Part shown: one piece after another, positions 28,995 through 39,058 of the stretch
How the letters are laid out: each line of letters starts with the position of its first letter
How positions within the stretch are numbered: position 1 is the stretch's first letter
Source of the DNA: Candidatus Eiseniibacteriota bacterium
GTDB lineage: Bacteria > Eisenbacteria > RBG-16-71-46
Direction of reading: 5' to 3'
Length of the DNA stretch: 64,000 nt
NCBI GenBank assembly: GCA_038231135.1
Contig: JBBRLX010000025.1
Coordinates: 772-64,771, forward strand
The notes under the pieces: model-generated
Databases searched by the model: none
What the model saw: only the letters and a program-made list of their open reading frames with translations
What the model was told of the DNA's origin: nothing
Translations under genes and position numbers: made by a program

Positions 28995-29366
28995 GGGTCG
29001 CTCACGAGAATTAGGTGAGCGGGGGCTCTTCAGCTCAATCTAATGGCGCCTGATTTCGCGCTCGAGGATCTCGTGGGAGCGCATGGAGCGAAGGGTCGCG
29101 AGATTTTCGCGTCCGGAGGTGATCGAGGCCGCCGTACGCAGCCTGAACGGCGACAGGCGCCCAATGGGGCGAGCGTGGTGAGGCGTCGATTGCCGCCTCA
29201 TTAGGTCGTCAAGTTAAATCGTGGGTACAGACCGGGCACATGGGTTACAGATCGCGAGCATCATCGGTGGTCCGAGGAGGGCCACTCAATGCCGTGGTCG
29301 AGGCCGGTACGGGCCGGGCACACCGCGATGTCCGAACCGGGATCACCGCGATGCCCTGACCGCACC

Positions 29367-30794
29367 TCACCCCGCCGGCACATGATCCAACTGTATCCGC
29401 GTCAGATCCCCGCTCAACCGGTTCCGCACGCGTAGCAGCAGGAACAGCGCCACCGCCATCAGCGCGGCGACGAAGCCCCACCACAGTCCGACGACGCCCA
29501 GGTGCTGGTGGAAGCCGCACCACAGGCTCACCGGCATGCCGATCAGCCAGAACCCGAGCACGTTGACGATCAGCGGCCCGCGCGTGTCGCCGACGCCGCG
29601 CAGCACGCCCGCCGACACCACCTGCAGGCCGTCGAAGATCTGGAACACGCCGGCGATCGGGATCAGCGCGGTCGCCACGGCGAGTACGCCCGGCACCGTC
29701 GTATAGAGGCCGGCGAACAGTCCCGGGATCGTGCGCAGCACGAGCGCACTGACGGCCATGAACGCGCCGCCGAAGATCAGCGCGGCGCCGGCGATCCGCC
29801 GCGCGCCGGCCGCGTCGCCGCTGCCGACCGCGTGCCCCACCAGCACGGCCGCGGCGCTGCCCATGCCGAGCGGCGCCATGAACGTGAGCGATGCCAGGTT
29901 GAGCGCGATCTGGTGGCCGCCCATCGCCTCGGCGCCGAACCAGCCGGCGAGCAGCGCGATCACCGCGAACGCGCCGAACTCGAGGGCGTACTGGAACCCG
30001 ATCGGCAGTCCCAGGCGCAGCATGCGCAGCACCGGACCTGGCTCGCTCGATTCGCGCAGCCACGGCCGGAAGTGCGGGAGCAGGTCGCGCCACGACAGCG
30101 CAAGCAGCATCGCCAGCATGAACACCCGGCCCAGCGTGCTCGACAGCGCCGCGCCCAGGGCGCCCATCGGCGGCACCCCGAACCGGCCGAACACGAATAT
30201 GGTGTTGAGCGCGGCGTTCACCAGGTTCGCGGCCACGATCGTGATCACGATCGCGCGCATCCGCTTCATGGCCTGGAGCGTCTGACGCAGCATGATGAAC
30301 AGCAGCATTGGCAGCATGCCGGGCGCGGACACCAGCACGAAGCCGGCCGCGCGCGGGACCACCGCGGCCGGCTGGCGCAAGGCCTGGAGCACGAACCCCA
30401 CCGGCAGGCACAGCAGCGTCGCGGGGACGCTGATCAGCACCGCCACCACGAGCCCGCGCTGGAAGCCGCGCGTCACCGCCCCGGCATCGCGCGCGCCCAT
30501 GGCCTGCGACACCACGGGATCGATCGCCATCAGCGTGCCCAGGCCGAGGATCGTGAGCGAGAAGAAGTACAGGTTGCCGAGCGACGCCGCGGCCAGCTCG
30601 GTGGCGGACACGTGCCCCACGAACACGGTGTCGACCACGCCCATCATCATCAGCCCGACCTGCACCACCATCATCGGGGCGGCGAGGCGGATCAGGGCAC
30701 GGAAATCGGCGGAGCGCGGAACGACTGCAGTCATGGCGACGGCCTTCGAAGAGGTGGGCGTGGCATCAGACGCGGCGCGCGGCGTGTCGGACAA
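29367..30794 (-). CDS. MATE family efflux transporter (NorM-like)
   Basis: MMGVVDTVFVGH, RLGLPIG...LE and FQIFDGLQVVSAGVLRGVGDT, with 12 TMs. Alternative ATG at 30734. Confidence 0.92.
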   Translation of the reverse strand: MSDTPRAASDATPTSSKAVAMTAVVPRSADFRALIRLAAPMMVVQVGLMMMGVVDTVFVGHVSATELAAASLGNLYFFSLTILGLGTLMAIDPVVSQAMGARDAGAVTRGFQRGLVVAVLISVPATLLCLPVGFVLQALRQPAAVVPRAAGFVLVSAPGMLPMLLFIMLRQTLQAMKRMRAIVITIVAANLVNAALNTIFVFGRFGVPPMGALGAALSSTLGRVFMLAMLLALSWRDLLPHFRPWLRESSEPGPVLRMLRLGLPIGFQYALEFGAFAVIALLAGWFGAEAMGGHQIALNLASLTFMAPLGMGSAAAVLVGHAVGSGDAAGARRIAGAALIFGGAFMAVSALVLRTIPGLFAGLYTTVPGVLAVATALIPIAGVFQIFDGLQVVSAGVLRGVGDTRGPLIVNVLGFWLIGMPVSLWCGFHQHLGVVGLWWGFVAALMAVALFLLLRVRNRLSGDLTRIQLDHVPAG

Positions 30795-30836
30795 ACGGCA
30801 CGGGTGCTGCCTGCGCGGCGACGGCCGCGAGGCGCG

Positions 30837-31316
30837 TCAGCTCGCGGTCTGAACCGTGCGTTCCCTCACGCCGATCAGCGCGCGGTTGCCGAGGCCGTCG
30901 TGGATCGAGACCACGATGTCGATCGCGGTTTCGGGATTCCAGCGCGGGCCGTGCTGGGCGTGCGACTCGAACGAGGTGCCGAGCGGGTCGCGCTGCAGCT
31001 CCTCGAGCTTCACCTGCCACGCCCGGCCGCCGTTCACCACCCACGCCGTGTCGGCCTCCACCGACGCCGGCATCGGCGAGTTGTCGACGGTGCGCAGCCG
31101 CACGGTCAGCAGCAGCCCGGCGTCATTCGACGTCGGACCGGGCATCTGGTTCCGCCACGCCTCGCCGTCGAGCGTGAACCCCAGGCCGCCGAGCGTCGCC
31201 GATTCCGGAGCCCGGCGGATGCTGTCCGGCGTGTTGACCGTGCCGGGCTCGTTGTGGCAACCGCCGAGCACGGTCAGGGCGGCGAACACGACGAGGATGC
31301 GCTGGAGGGTGGTCAT
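30837..31316 (-). CDS. Hypothetical lipoprotein
   Basis: Lipobox VLGGC after a hydrophobic stretch; contains AWRNQMPGP and GPRW segments. Confidence 0.7.
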   Translation of the reverse strand: MTTLQRILVVFAALTVLGGCHNEPGTVNTPDSIRRAPESATLGGLGFTLDGEAWRNQMPGPTSNDAGLLLTVRLRTVDNSPMPASVEADTAWVVNGGRAWQVKLEELQRDPLGTSFESHAQHGPRWNPETAIDIVVSIHDGLGNRALIGVRERTVQTAS

Positions 31317-31485
31317 GGCCGGGGCATGCTAGCACGGCACGGCGTGACGGCGCATCGAGGTGCGGCGCGGCCGCCCCAATGTCCGGTGTTCGTGCCGGCT
31401 CGCGGACAGCGGCCGGCCCCGCCGGTCCCGTGTTTTCAAGGCATTGGCGCGGATTTTGGACCCCCCTGGAATAGCCGGCCGGCGG

Positions 31486-31501
31486 TGGCGTATTTCATGC
31501 G
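31486..31501 (+). promoter_or_regulatory. Putative sigma54 promoter
   Basis: TGGCGTATTTCATGCG (GG-N10-GC), about 52 nt upstream of the ATG at 31553. Confidence 0.45.
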
Positions 31502-31552
31502 CTACCGCCCGGCAGCCCATCGAACCCGCAGCAACTCCTAGAGGAGGAAGTC

Positions 31553-32482
31553 ATGAACCCCCGCACCACGCTTCGCCCGGCCCGCGCCCTCGCGGGACTG
31601 CTCGCTCTCTCCGCCGGACTCGCGTTGAGCGCCTCCGCCCACGCCGACGACTACGTGCTGCGCACCCGCAACACCAGCAGCCACCCGTCGGCCGACGGCA
31701 GCCTCGTCGAAGTGCAGGTTCAGGTCGATGGTGCGACGGCACCGCTCTACTTCCGCCCCGGCACCTACGACCGCCACTACTTCCAGGCGTTCTCCGGCAC
31801 CAACTACTCGCTGGTCGTCCACAACACCAGCGGCGAGCGCGTCGGCGTGCTGCTCGCGGTCGACGGCCTCAACGTCGTGAACGGCGAGAAGTCGCGGTTG
31901 AACCGCACCGAACCGATGTACGTGCTCGACCCCTACGAGACCGCGACGATTCGCGGCTGGCGCACGTCGCTCGACGACATCCGCCGGTTCGTGTTCGTCG
32001 ACGAGACCCGGTCGTACGCCGAGCGTACGGGCCAGGCGAATGGCGACATGGGCTGGATCCGCGTGCTGGCGTTCCGCGAGTCGCAGCCATGGCTCGGCCT
32101 GTTCCGGCGCCAGATTGCAGCGCCGGCCCCCGCGCGTGACGAACGCGGCAATTATGCGCCCGAAAGCGCGGCGCCCGCGCCGTCGGCGGACAACGGCGCG
32201 GACAACCTCGCGAAGAGTGCCCAGCCGCAGGTGGGCTACCTCAACGGTGGCCGTCAGGATGCGCCCACCGCCCAGTCGAATCCCGGCACGGGCTGGGGCG
32301 ATCGCCGGCACGATCCGGTGAACCAGGTCGAGTTCCAGGCGGCCCGCATGGCATCCGACCAGCTGATCCTGCGCTACGAATACGCGTCGGGGCTGCAGGC
32401 GCTGGGCATCGACATCCGCCGGTCCAGGCTGTGGGACCGGGAGCACGGCGAGCTGGGGTTCGCCCGCCCTCCCCGCCGGTAG
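31553..32482 (+). CDS. Secreted conserved hypothetical protein
   Basis: GAGGAGG RBS and signal peptide ending AHA. Motifs AVDGLNVVNGE, YVLDPYETATIRGWRTS, SYAERTG, GTGWG and GFARPP. Confidence 0.8.
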   Translation: MNPRTTLRPARALAGLLALSAGLALSASAHADDYVLRTRNTSSHPSADGSLVEVQVQVDGATAPLYFRPGTYDRHYFQAFSGTNYSLVVHNTSGERVGVLLAVDGLNVVNGEKSRLNRTEPMYVLDPYETATIRGWRTSLDDIRRFVFVDETRSYAERTGQANGDMGWIRVLAFRESQPWLGLFRRQIAAPAPARDERGNYAPESAAPAPSADNGADNLAKSAQPQVGYLNGGRQDAPTAQSNPGTGWGDRRHDPVNQVEFQAARMASDQLILRYEYASGLQALGIDIRRSRLWDREHGELGFARPPRR

Positions 32483-32508
32483 GCACGCTCCGAACAGGCG
32501 GTAGGCGC

Positions 32509-32550
32509 CCACGGCGCCGGCTCGATGCCGGCGCCGTTCCCGTTTTGTTT
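32509..32550 (+). terminator. Intrinsic terminator
   Basis: ACGGCGCCGGC-loop-GCCGGCGCCGT followed by TCCCGTTTTGTTT. Confidence 0.6.
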
Positions 32551-32758
32551 CAGGGGCAGGCGCGCCGACCGGGCGCACATTGTTTGCCCCGCCGAATCTC
32601 CACCCCTCGGGCGCTCGCTCCCGCCGCCTGTGTCGAGTAAGGTGGCGGCGCGAAACCCGTTCCCGACTCAACACCGTGGAATCGCCGGCTGCCGCCGCGC
32701 ATCCTATCCTCTTCAATTCCCATCCAGAACGATACCGGCTTCGGGAGGAAGCAATTTC

Positions 32759-33886
32759 ATGCGCAGGCCCATGCTGTGGATGTTGGCGGGCGTCCTGCTT
32801 GTCGTGGCCGCCCTTGGCTTCGTCAAGTTCACGCAGATCCAGGCCGCGATCGCCGGCGGCAAGCTCTACCACCCGCCCCCCGAGACGGTGACCAGCGTCG
32901 TGGCCGGTATCCACGAGTGGCCGACCTCGCTCGACGCCGTGGGCAGTGTGGCCCCGGTGAAGGGTGTCACGCTGTCCGCCGACCTCCCGGGCGTGATCGA
33001 CAAGGTCGAGTTCACGTCCGGCGCGCATGTGGAACAGGGCAAGGTGCTGGTGACCCTCGATACCCGGCAGGAACGGGCGCAACTCGCCGCGGCCGAAGCG
33101 CAGCAGGCCCTCGCGAAGAACAATCTCGACCGCGCGACCAAGCTGTTCGCGACCAAGGCCATTTCCCAGTCGGATTTCGACCAGGCTTCGGCGGTTTCCA
33201 AGCAGGCCGACGCACAGGTCCAGCAGAGCACGGCGGCAATCGGCCGCAAGACGATCCGCGCGCCGTTCTCGGGGCTGACCGGAATCCGCCTCGTCAATCC
33301 CGGGCAGTACGTTCAGAGCGGCGACCCGATCGTCCCGCTGCAGGCGCCGGATCCGATGTACGTGAATTTCTCGGTGCCGCAGCAGGCCGCCGCGGCGATC
33401 GGGCCGGGGGCCATCGTGGTCGCGAGCGCGGATAGCGGAGCGAAGGGCCGATTCACCGGCCGCGTCACGACCGTCAATCCAGTGGTCGCGGACGCCACGC
33501 GCAACGTCGACGTGCAGGCGACGTTCCACAATCCGCACGGGCTGATGCGGGCCGGCATGTATGTCACCGTCCAGGTGCTGGTCGGCAGGAGCGTTCCGAC
33601 GATCTCGGTGCCGGCGTCGGCGATCAACTACGCGCCGTATGGCAACTCCGTGTTCATCATCGAGCAGGTCAAGGGCCCCGACGGCAAGAGCTACCAGGGC
33701 GTGCGGCAGCAGTTCGTGAAGCTCGGCCGCGCCCAGGGCGATCAGGTCGCCGTGATCGACGGCCTCCACGCCGGACAGGAGGTCGTGAGCTCCGGCGTGT
33801 TCAAGCTGCGCACCGGGGCGGCCGTGGTCGTCGACAACAAGGTCCAGCCGTCGAACAGCCTGACCCCGAAGCCGGCGGACAGCTGA
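32759..33886 (+). CDS. RND efflux periplasmic adaptor (membrane fusion protein)
   Basis: N-terminal TM, lipoyl halves (LPGVIDKVEFTSG; IRAPFSG), GMYVTV and VPASAI. TGATG overlap with the permease. Confidence 0.93.
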   Translation: MRRPMLWMLAGVLLVVAALGFVKFTQIQAAIAGGKLYHPPPETVTSVVAGIHEWPTSLDAVGSVAPVKGVTLSADLPGVIDKVEFTSGAHVEQGKVLVTLDTRQERAQLAAAEAQQALAKNNLDRATKLFATKAISQSDFDQASAVSKQADAQVQQSTAAIGRKTIRAPFSGLTGIRLVNPGQYVQSGDPIVPLQAPDPMYVNFSVPQQAAAAIGPGAIVVASADSGAKGRFTGRVTTVNPVVADATRNVDVQATFHNPHGLMRAGMYVTVQVLVGRSVPTISVPASAINYAPYGNSVFIIEQVKGPDGKSYQGVRQQFVKLGRAQGDQVAVIDGLHAGQEVVSSGVFKLRTGAAVVVDNKVQPSNSLTPKPADS

Positions 33887-36800
33887 TGAAGTTCACCGAT
33901 CTGTTCATCCGGCGACCCGTCCTGGCCATCGTCGTCAACCTGCTGATCCTGATCGCGGGTCTGCAGTCGATCCGGTCGCTGTCCGTCCGCCAGTTCCCCC
34001 GCACCGACGTGGCCGTGGTGACGGTGAGCACGGTGTACGTCGGCGCCAATGCGGATCTCGTGCGCGGCTTCATCACGTCGCCGCTCGAGCGCGTGATCGC
34101 GAGCGCCGACGGCATCGACTACGTCGAGTCGTCGAGCGCCCAGAGCGTCAGCACGATCACCGTGCACCTGAAGCTCAACTACGACACCAACGCCGCGCTC
34201 ACCCAGATTCAGTCGAAGGTGGCGCAGGTGCGCAACGACCTCCCGCCGGAGGCGCAGGCCCCGATCATCCAGGTCCAGACGGCCGACGCGCAGTTCGCCG
34301 CCATGTACCTCGGGTTCTCGTCCAAGGATCTCGACCAGAGCCAGATCAGCGATTACCTGACGCGCGTCGTGCAGCCGAAGCTGAGTGCGGTCAGCGGCGT
34401 GCAGCGCGCCGACATCCTCGGCGGCCGCACGTTCGCCATGCGCATCTGGCTCAAGCCCGACCGGATGGCGGCGCTCGGCCTCGCGCCGTCCCAGGTGTGG
34501 AACGCGCTGGCGGCGAACAACTCGCTATCGGCACTCGGCGCCACCAAGGGTTCGATGACGTCGGTGAACCTGGTCGCGAACACCGATCTCAAGACGCCCG
34601 AGGAGTTCCGCCAGCTCGTCGTCAAGCAGAACGGCAGCGACGTCGTGAGGCTCGGCGAAATCGCCGACGTCGAGCTGGGCGCGGAGGACTACAACTCCCA
34701 GGTGCAGTTCAATGGCCAGACCGCAACGTTCATGGGCATCTGGGTGACGTCGAATTCGCTCGAAGTCATCAAGCGTGTTCGCGAGGCAATGAAGGAGATC
34801 CAGGCCCAGCTGCCGGTGGGCATGACCGCCGGTATTCCGTACGACTCGACGATCTACATCCAGGACTCCATCCACGAGGTGCTCAAGACCCTCACCGAGA
34901 CGCTGTTGATCGTCATGCTCGTGATCTTCCTGTTCCTCGGCTCGGTGCGCGGGCTGATCATCCCGGTCGTCGCAATTCCGATCTCGTTGATCGGCGCCGT
35001 GTTCCTGATGCAGACCGCCGGGTTCACGATCAACCTGCTGACGCTGCTCGCGATCGTGCTGTCGGTGGGGCTCGTGGTGGACGACGCGATCGTCATGGTC
35101 GAGAACATCGAGCGCCACGTGCACCTGGGCGAGTCCCCGCTCAACGCGTCGCTGCTGGCGGCGCGGGAGCTGGCCGGACCGATCATCGCCATGACGATCA
35201 CGCTGGCGGCCGTTTACACGCCGCTCGCGATTCAGGGCGGCCTGACGGGGGCGCTGTTCCGGGAGTTCGCGTTTACGCTCGCAGGCGCGGTCTTCGTCTC
35301 GGGTATTGTGGCGCTCACGTTGTCGCCGATGATGGGTTCGCGCCTGCTGCGGGCGGGCGACGACATGCGCGGGTTCGCGGGGCATATCAACCGGCAGTTC
35401 GACCGGCTGCGCGGGCTGTACATGCGCATGCTGCAAGGAACGCTCGGGAATCGCGCGGTGGTCCTGACGCTGTGGGTCATCGTGGTGCTGCTGATCATTC
35501 CGTTCTACATGTTCACGCAGCGCGAGCTGGCGCCTGCGGAGGACCAGAGCGTGGTGTTCGGCATCGTACAGGCGGCGCCGAACGCCACCCTGGACCAGAC
35601 CACGCTGTTCGCGTCCCAGATCTACAAGGTGTTCCATTCGTTCCCGGAGACCAAGAACACGTTCCAGATCACGACGCCGGGCGGCGGGTTCGCCGGCATG
35701 GTCACGACGCCGTGGAAGGAGCGCAAGCGCAGTACCGCGCAATTGCAGGTGCAGGTCGGGGGCGCGTTCTCGAAGATCCCGGGCATCCGGGCGATCGCGC
35801 TCACGCCGCCGTCGCTGCCCGGCGGCGGCAGCTTCCCGGTCGACCTCGTGATCGCCTCGACCGCCGAGCCCGAGCAGTTGATCGCGATCGCGAACCAGAT
35901 GGTGGGCAAGGCCTACGCCAGCGGCATGTTCATGTACGTCGATACCGATCTCAAGTACGACCAGCCGCAGGCCGAGGTCGTGCTGGATCGCGACAAGGTG
36001 CGCTCGCTCGGCGTCGATCTGAGCACCGTGGGACGCGACCTGTCGACGATGCTGGGCGGCAATTTCGTCAATCGCTTCAGCATCCAGGGCCGCAGCTACA
36101 AGGTGATCCCGCAAATCCAGCGCAGCGAACGCCTGACGTCCGAGCAGCTGCAATCCCTGTACGTGACGGGGCCGCACGGCACGCTGGTGCCGCTGTCGAC
36201 GTTCGCCTCGATCAAGACCAGTACGCAGCCGCGCGAGCTCAAGCGCTTCCAGCAGCTGAACGCGGTCCGCATCCAGGCGGTCATCCCCCCGGGCGTGTCG
36301 CTGGAGAAGGCGCTGGGGTTCCTCGAGACCGAGGCGAAGCGGTCGCTGCCGAGCGGCTACACGATCGATTACGCCGGCGAGTCGCGCCAGCTGCGCACCG
36401 AGGGCGGCAAGTTCCTCGGCATCTTCCTCCTGTCGGGGATCCTGATCTTCCTCGTGCTCGCGGCGCAGTTCGAGAGCTTCCGGGATCCATTCGTGATCCT
36501 GGCGGGCTCGGCGCCGCTCGCGGTCTCGGGCGCGCTGATGTTCATGTTCCTGGGCTTCACGTCGCTCAACATCTACAGCCAGGTCGGCCTGATCACGCTG
36601 GTGGGCCTGGTGGCGAAGAACGGCATCCTGATCGTGCAGTTCGCGAACCATCTGCAGTCGACCGGTCTCGACAAGGCGAAGGCCGTGGTCGAAGCCGCCG
36701 GCACGCGATTGCGGCCAATCCTGATGACGACCGCCGCCACGGTGTTCGGCCACCTGCCGCTGATCTTCGCGCGCGGCCCGGGAGCCGGAGCGCGGAACAG

Positions 36801-36966
36801 CATCGGAATCTCGCTGGTCAGCGGCATGGTGATCGGAACGATGTTCACGCTGTTCGTGGTCCCGGCCGTCTACACGCTGGTCGCAAAGGTCCACACGCCC
36901 GAAGAGGAGATGGATCCCGCCGAGGTCGAGGTCATTCTTCCCGGGATGACGACGACGCAAGCCTGA
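33886..36966 (+). CDS. RND efflux permease (AcrB/MexW-like, HAE1)
   Basis: FIRRPVLA, GLVVDDAIVMVENIER, GLVAKNGIL and RLRPILMTT; 1026 aa. Confidence 0.95.
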   Translation: MKFTDLFIRRPVLAIVVNLLILIAGLQSIRSLSVRQFPRTDVAVVTVSTVYVGANADLVRGFITSPLERVIASADGIDYVESSSAQSVSTITVHLKLNYDTNAALTQIQSKVAQVRNDLPPEAQAPIIQVQTADAQFAAMYLGFSSKDLDQSQISDYLTRVVQPKLSAVSGVQRADILGGRTFAMRIWLKPDRMAALGLAPSQVWNALAANNSLSALGATKGSMTSVNLVANTDLKTPEEFRQLVVKQNGSDVVRLGEIADVELGAEDYNSQVQFNGQTATFMGIWVTSNSLEVIKRVREAMKEIQAQLPVGMTAGIPYDSTIYIQDSIHEVLKTLTETLLIVMLVIFLFLGSVRGLIIPVVAIPISLIGAVFLMQTAGFTINLLTLLAIVLSVGLVVDDAIVMVENIERHVHLGESPLNASLLAARELAGPIIAMTITLAAVYTPLAIQGGLTGALFREFAFTLAGAVFVSGIVALTLSPMMGSRLLRAGDDMRGFAGHINRQFDRLRGLYMRMLQGTLGNRAVVLTLWVIVVLLIIPFYMFTQRELAPAEDQSVVFGIVQAAPNATLDQTTLFASQIYKVFHSFPETKNTFQITTPGGGFAGMVTTPWKERKRSTAQLQVQVGGAFSKIPGIRAIALTPPSLPGGGSFPVDLVIASTAEPEQLIAIANQMVGKAYASGMFMYVDTDLKYDQPQAEVVLDRDKVRSLGVDLSTVGRDLSTMLGGNFVNRFSIQGRSYKVIPQIQRSERLTSEQLQSLYVTGPHGTLVPLSTFASIKTSTQPRELKRFQQLNAVRIQAVIPPGVSLEKALGFLETEAKRSLPSGYTIDYAGESRQLRTEGGKFLGIFLLSGILIFLVLAAQFESFRDPFVILAGSAPLAVSGALMFMFLGFTSLNIYSQVGLITLVGLVAKNGILIVQFANHLQSTGLDKAKAVVEAAGTRLRPILMTTAATVFGHLPLIFARGPGAGARNSIGISLVSGMVIGTMFTLFVVPAVYTLVAKVHTPEEEMDPAEVEVILPGMTTTQA

Positions 36967-37004
36967 GACCATCGCACCGCATCGACGCACCGAGGATCGC
37001 ACCG

Positions 37005-37994
37005 ATGAAGCCGCTCCACCACGCCATCGCCCGGTTGGCCCCGACGTTCGCCGTACTCGCCCTGCTCGTCCTGATGCCCGCCGCCGTCCGGGCCAGCACA
37101 CCCGTGTTCCTGCGCGCCTGGGGCGACTCCACGAGCGGCCCGGGAGGCTTTGCGCGCATCGCGGGAATCGCCGTGGCTCCCAACGGCGACGTCTATGTCG
37201 TCGACTCCAACCGGCGACGCGTCCAGGCGTTCGCTCCCGACGGCAGCTATCAGTTCGATTGGATCGCCTCGGACCTGTCGCAGCCAGTGGGAATCGCGAT
37301 CGACACGCACAGCCGGGTGTTCCTCACGGACTACAAGGGCCACGTCGTCGAGCGCGAAGACGCGTCCGGCTCGCCGGAACAGCAATTCGGGCAGTTCGGC
37401 GTGGACACCGCGCAGTTCCATGCTCCCAGCGATGTCGAGGTCGAACCCGACGGCAACGTGATCGTCGTCGACCAGCTCAACAGCCGGCTGCAGCGGTTCA
37501 CGCCCGACGGCGTGTTCCTCGCGCAGATCGGCGACACGGTCGGCGCACCGGGAGCGCTCGATCATCCGTTCGGCGTGGCGGTCGACCCCGACGGCAATCT
37601 CTACGTGTCGGACCAGAACCACCACCGCATCGTGAAGTTCGCGCACGACGGCACCTACCTGACGTCGTTCGGCTCACAGGGCCCGGGGCCCGGGCAGTTC
37701 CCAGGTCCGGCCGGGCCCACCGGCATCGCGATCGACCCCGATCGCACGGTGTACGTCGTGGACACGCAGTCGAACCGCGTGGAGATGTTCACCGATTCCG
37801 GCAGCTACATCGGCATGTTCGGCACGTTCGGCAAGGCACCCGGGCAGTTCGAGTTCCCGGTGAACATCGCGATCTCGCCGAACTTCGAGATCTATGTCGG
37901 CGATCGCGACAACTTTCGCGTGCAGAAGTTCAGCGCCCGCACGACCGCCGTCACCCACGCCACCTGGGGCGAGATCAAGCGCCGCTACCGCTGA
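37005..37994 (+). CDS. Secreted NHL-repeat beta-propeller protein with a C-terminal TWGxIKxxYR motif
   Basis: Signal peptide, six NHL repeats (e.g. PFGVAVDPDGNLYVSDQNHHRIVKF) and end ...TTAVTHATWGEIKRRYR*. Confidence 0.88.
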   Translation: MKPLHHAIARLAPTFAVLALLVLMPAAVRASTPVFLRAWGDSTSGPGGFARIAGIAVAPNGDVYVVDSNRRRVQAFAPDGSYQFDWIASDLSQPVGIAIDTHSRVFLTDYKGHVVEREDASGSPEQQFGQFGVDTAQFHAPSDVEVEPDGNVIVVDQLNSRLQRFTPDGVFLAQIGDTVGAPGALDHPFGVAVDPDGNLYVSDQNHHRIVKFAHDGTYLTSFGSQGPGPGQFPGPAGPTGIAIDPDRTVYVVDTQSNRVEMFTDSGSYIGMFGTFGKAPGQFEFPVNIAISPNFEIYVGDRDNFRVQKFSARTTAVTHATWGEIKRRYR

Positions 37995-38016
37995 TCCCCT
38001 GGCGAAGCGCAGTGCG

Positions 38017-39036
38017 CTATCTCGAACGCGCTTTACTGCGCTTCGCGCGTTTGGGTCGTGACGCTGCCTTCGTCGCCGCACCCCGCGTGGCGCGCTCCAT
38101 GTCGGCCCACTGCGCCGGCGACAGCTTGAGGTCGATCGCGGCGAGGTTCTCCTCGAGCTGGGCGGTCGACGTCGCGCCGATGATCGCGCTCGAGATCTCC
38201 GGTCGCCGCAGCACCCACGCCAGCGCGACCTGCGACGGCGTCGCGGAGGTGTGCTTCGCCACCCACGCCGCGAACCGCTCGGCGGCGGCCACGTTCGCGG
38301 GCGTCAGCGCCTGCTCGGCCTCGAGGAAGTGCTTGAACGAGCCCGAGCCGCGGGAGCCCGCGGGGATCGTCATGCCGGCGTACTTGTTCGTGAGCACGCC
38401 CTGCAGCAGCGGCGAATAGCAGATGATGCCGATGCCGTGCTTCGCGACGAACTTCATGTGCTCGGTCTCGATGCGCGGCTCGAGCACGTTGTAGCGCGGC
38501 TGGCTCGAGATGAACGGATCCCAGCCCCGCGCGCGCTGGTGGGCCACGGCGCGCGCGAGCAGCCTGGGGTCGCGGTCGAAGTTCGAGAACCCCACGTAGC
38601 GCGTCTTCCCCGCCCGCACCAGGTCCTCGAACGCGCGCAGCGTCTCCTCGATCGGCGTGTTCGGATCGGGCGCGTGGAGCTGGTAGAGATCGACGTAGTC
38701 GACGCGCAGCCGCACGAGGCTCTTGTCCATCGCGTCGAAGATGTGCTTGCGCGACAGCCCGCCGCCGAGCGGCCCGTCCCACACGCGGCCCATGCACTTG
38801 GTCGCGACCACGATCTGCTCGCGCGGCAGCGTCTCGAGTGCCTTGCCGAGCACGGTCTCGGCGCCGCCGCGCACGTACACGTCGGCGGTGTCGAACAGGT
38901 TCACGCCGAGTTCGAACGCGCGCCGGACGATGCCGATCGCGTCGGCCTCGGTCACGGAGCCGCCATAGGTCGTCCACGAGCCGAGCGACAGCTCGGACAC
39001 TCGCAGGCCGGTGTGGCCGAGCGATCGGTAGTTCAT
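38017..39036 (-). CDS. Aldo/keto reductase (Kv-beta/Tas-like)
   Basis: LSLGSW, FDTADVY, ATK, DYVDLYQLH and YSPLLQGVLT, with a basic C-terminal tail. Confidence 0.92.
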   Translation of the reverse strand: MNYRSLGHTGLRVSELSLGSWTTYGGSVTEADAIGIVRRAFELGVNLFDTADVYVRGGAETVLGKALETLPREQIVVATKCMGRVWDGPLGGGLSRKHIFDAMDKSLVRLRVDYVDLYQLHAPDPNTPIEETLRAFEDLVRAGKTRYVGFSNFDRDPRLLARAVAHQRARGWDPFISSQPRYNVLEPRIETEHMKFVAKHGIGIICYSPLLQGVLTNKYAGMTIPAGSRGSGSFKHFLEAEQALTPANVAAAERFAAWVAKHTSATPSQVALAWVLRRPEISSAIIGATSTAQLEENLAAIDLKLSPAQWADMERATRGAATKAASRPKRAKRSKARSR

Positions 39037-39058
39037 GTGCGACTCCTCGTGCGGGTGA

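Noticed and set aside
34497-37004. Apparent 1165-aa ORF fusing a long N-terminus to the NHL protein; likewise the extended ORFs 18917..21484, 25920..28313, 47212..49602, 53669..55222 and 57067..60021
   Set aside because: The upstream parts are off-frame shadows of the preceding gene. The true starts have their own RBS, signal peptide or stop/start overlap.
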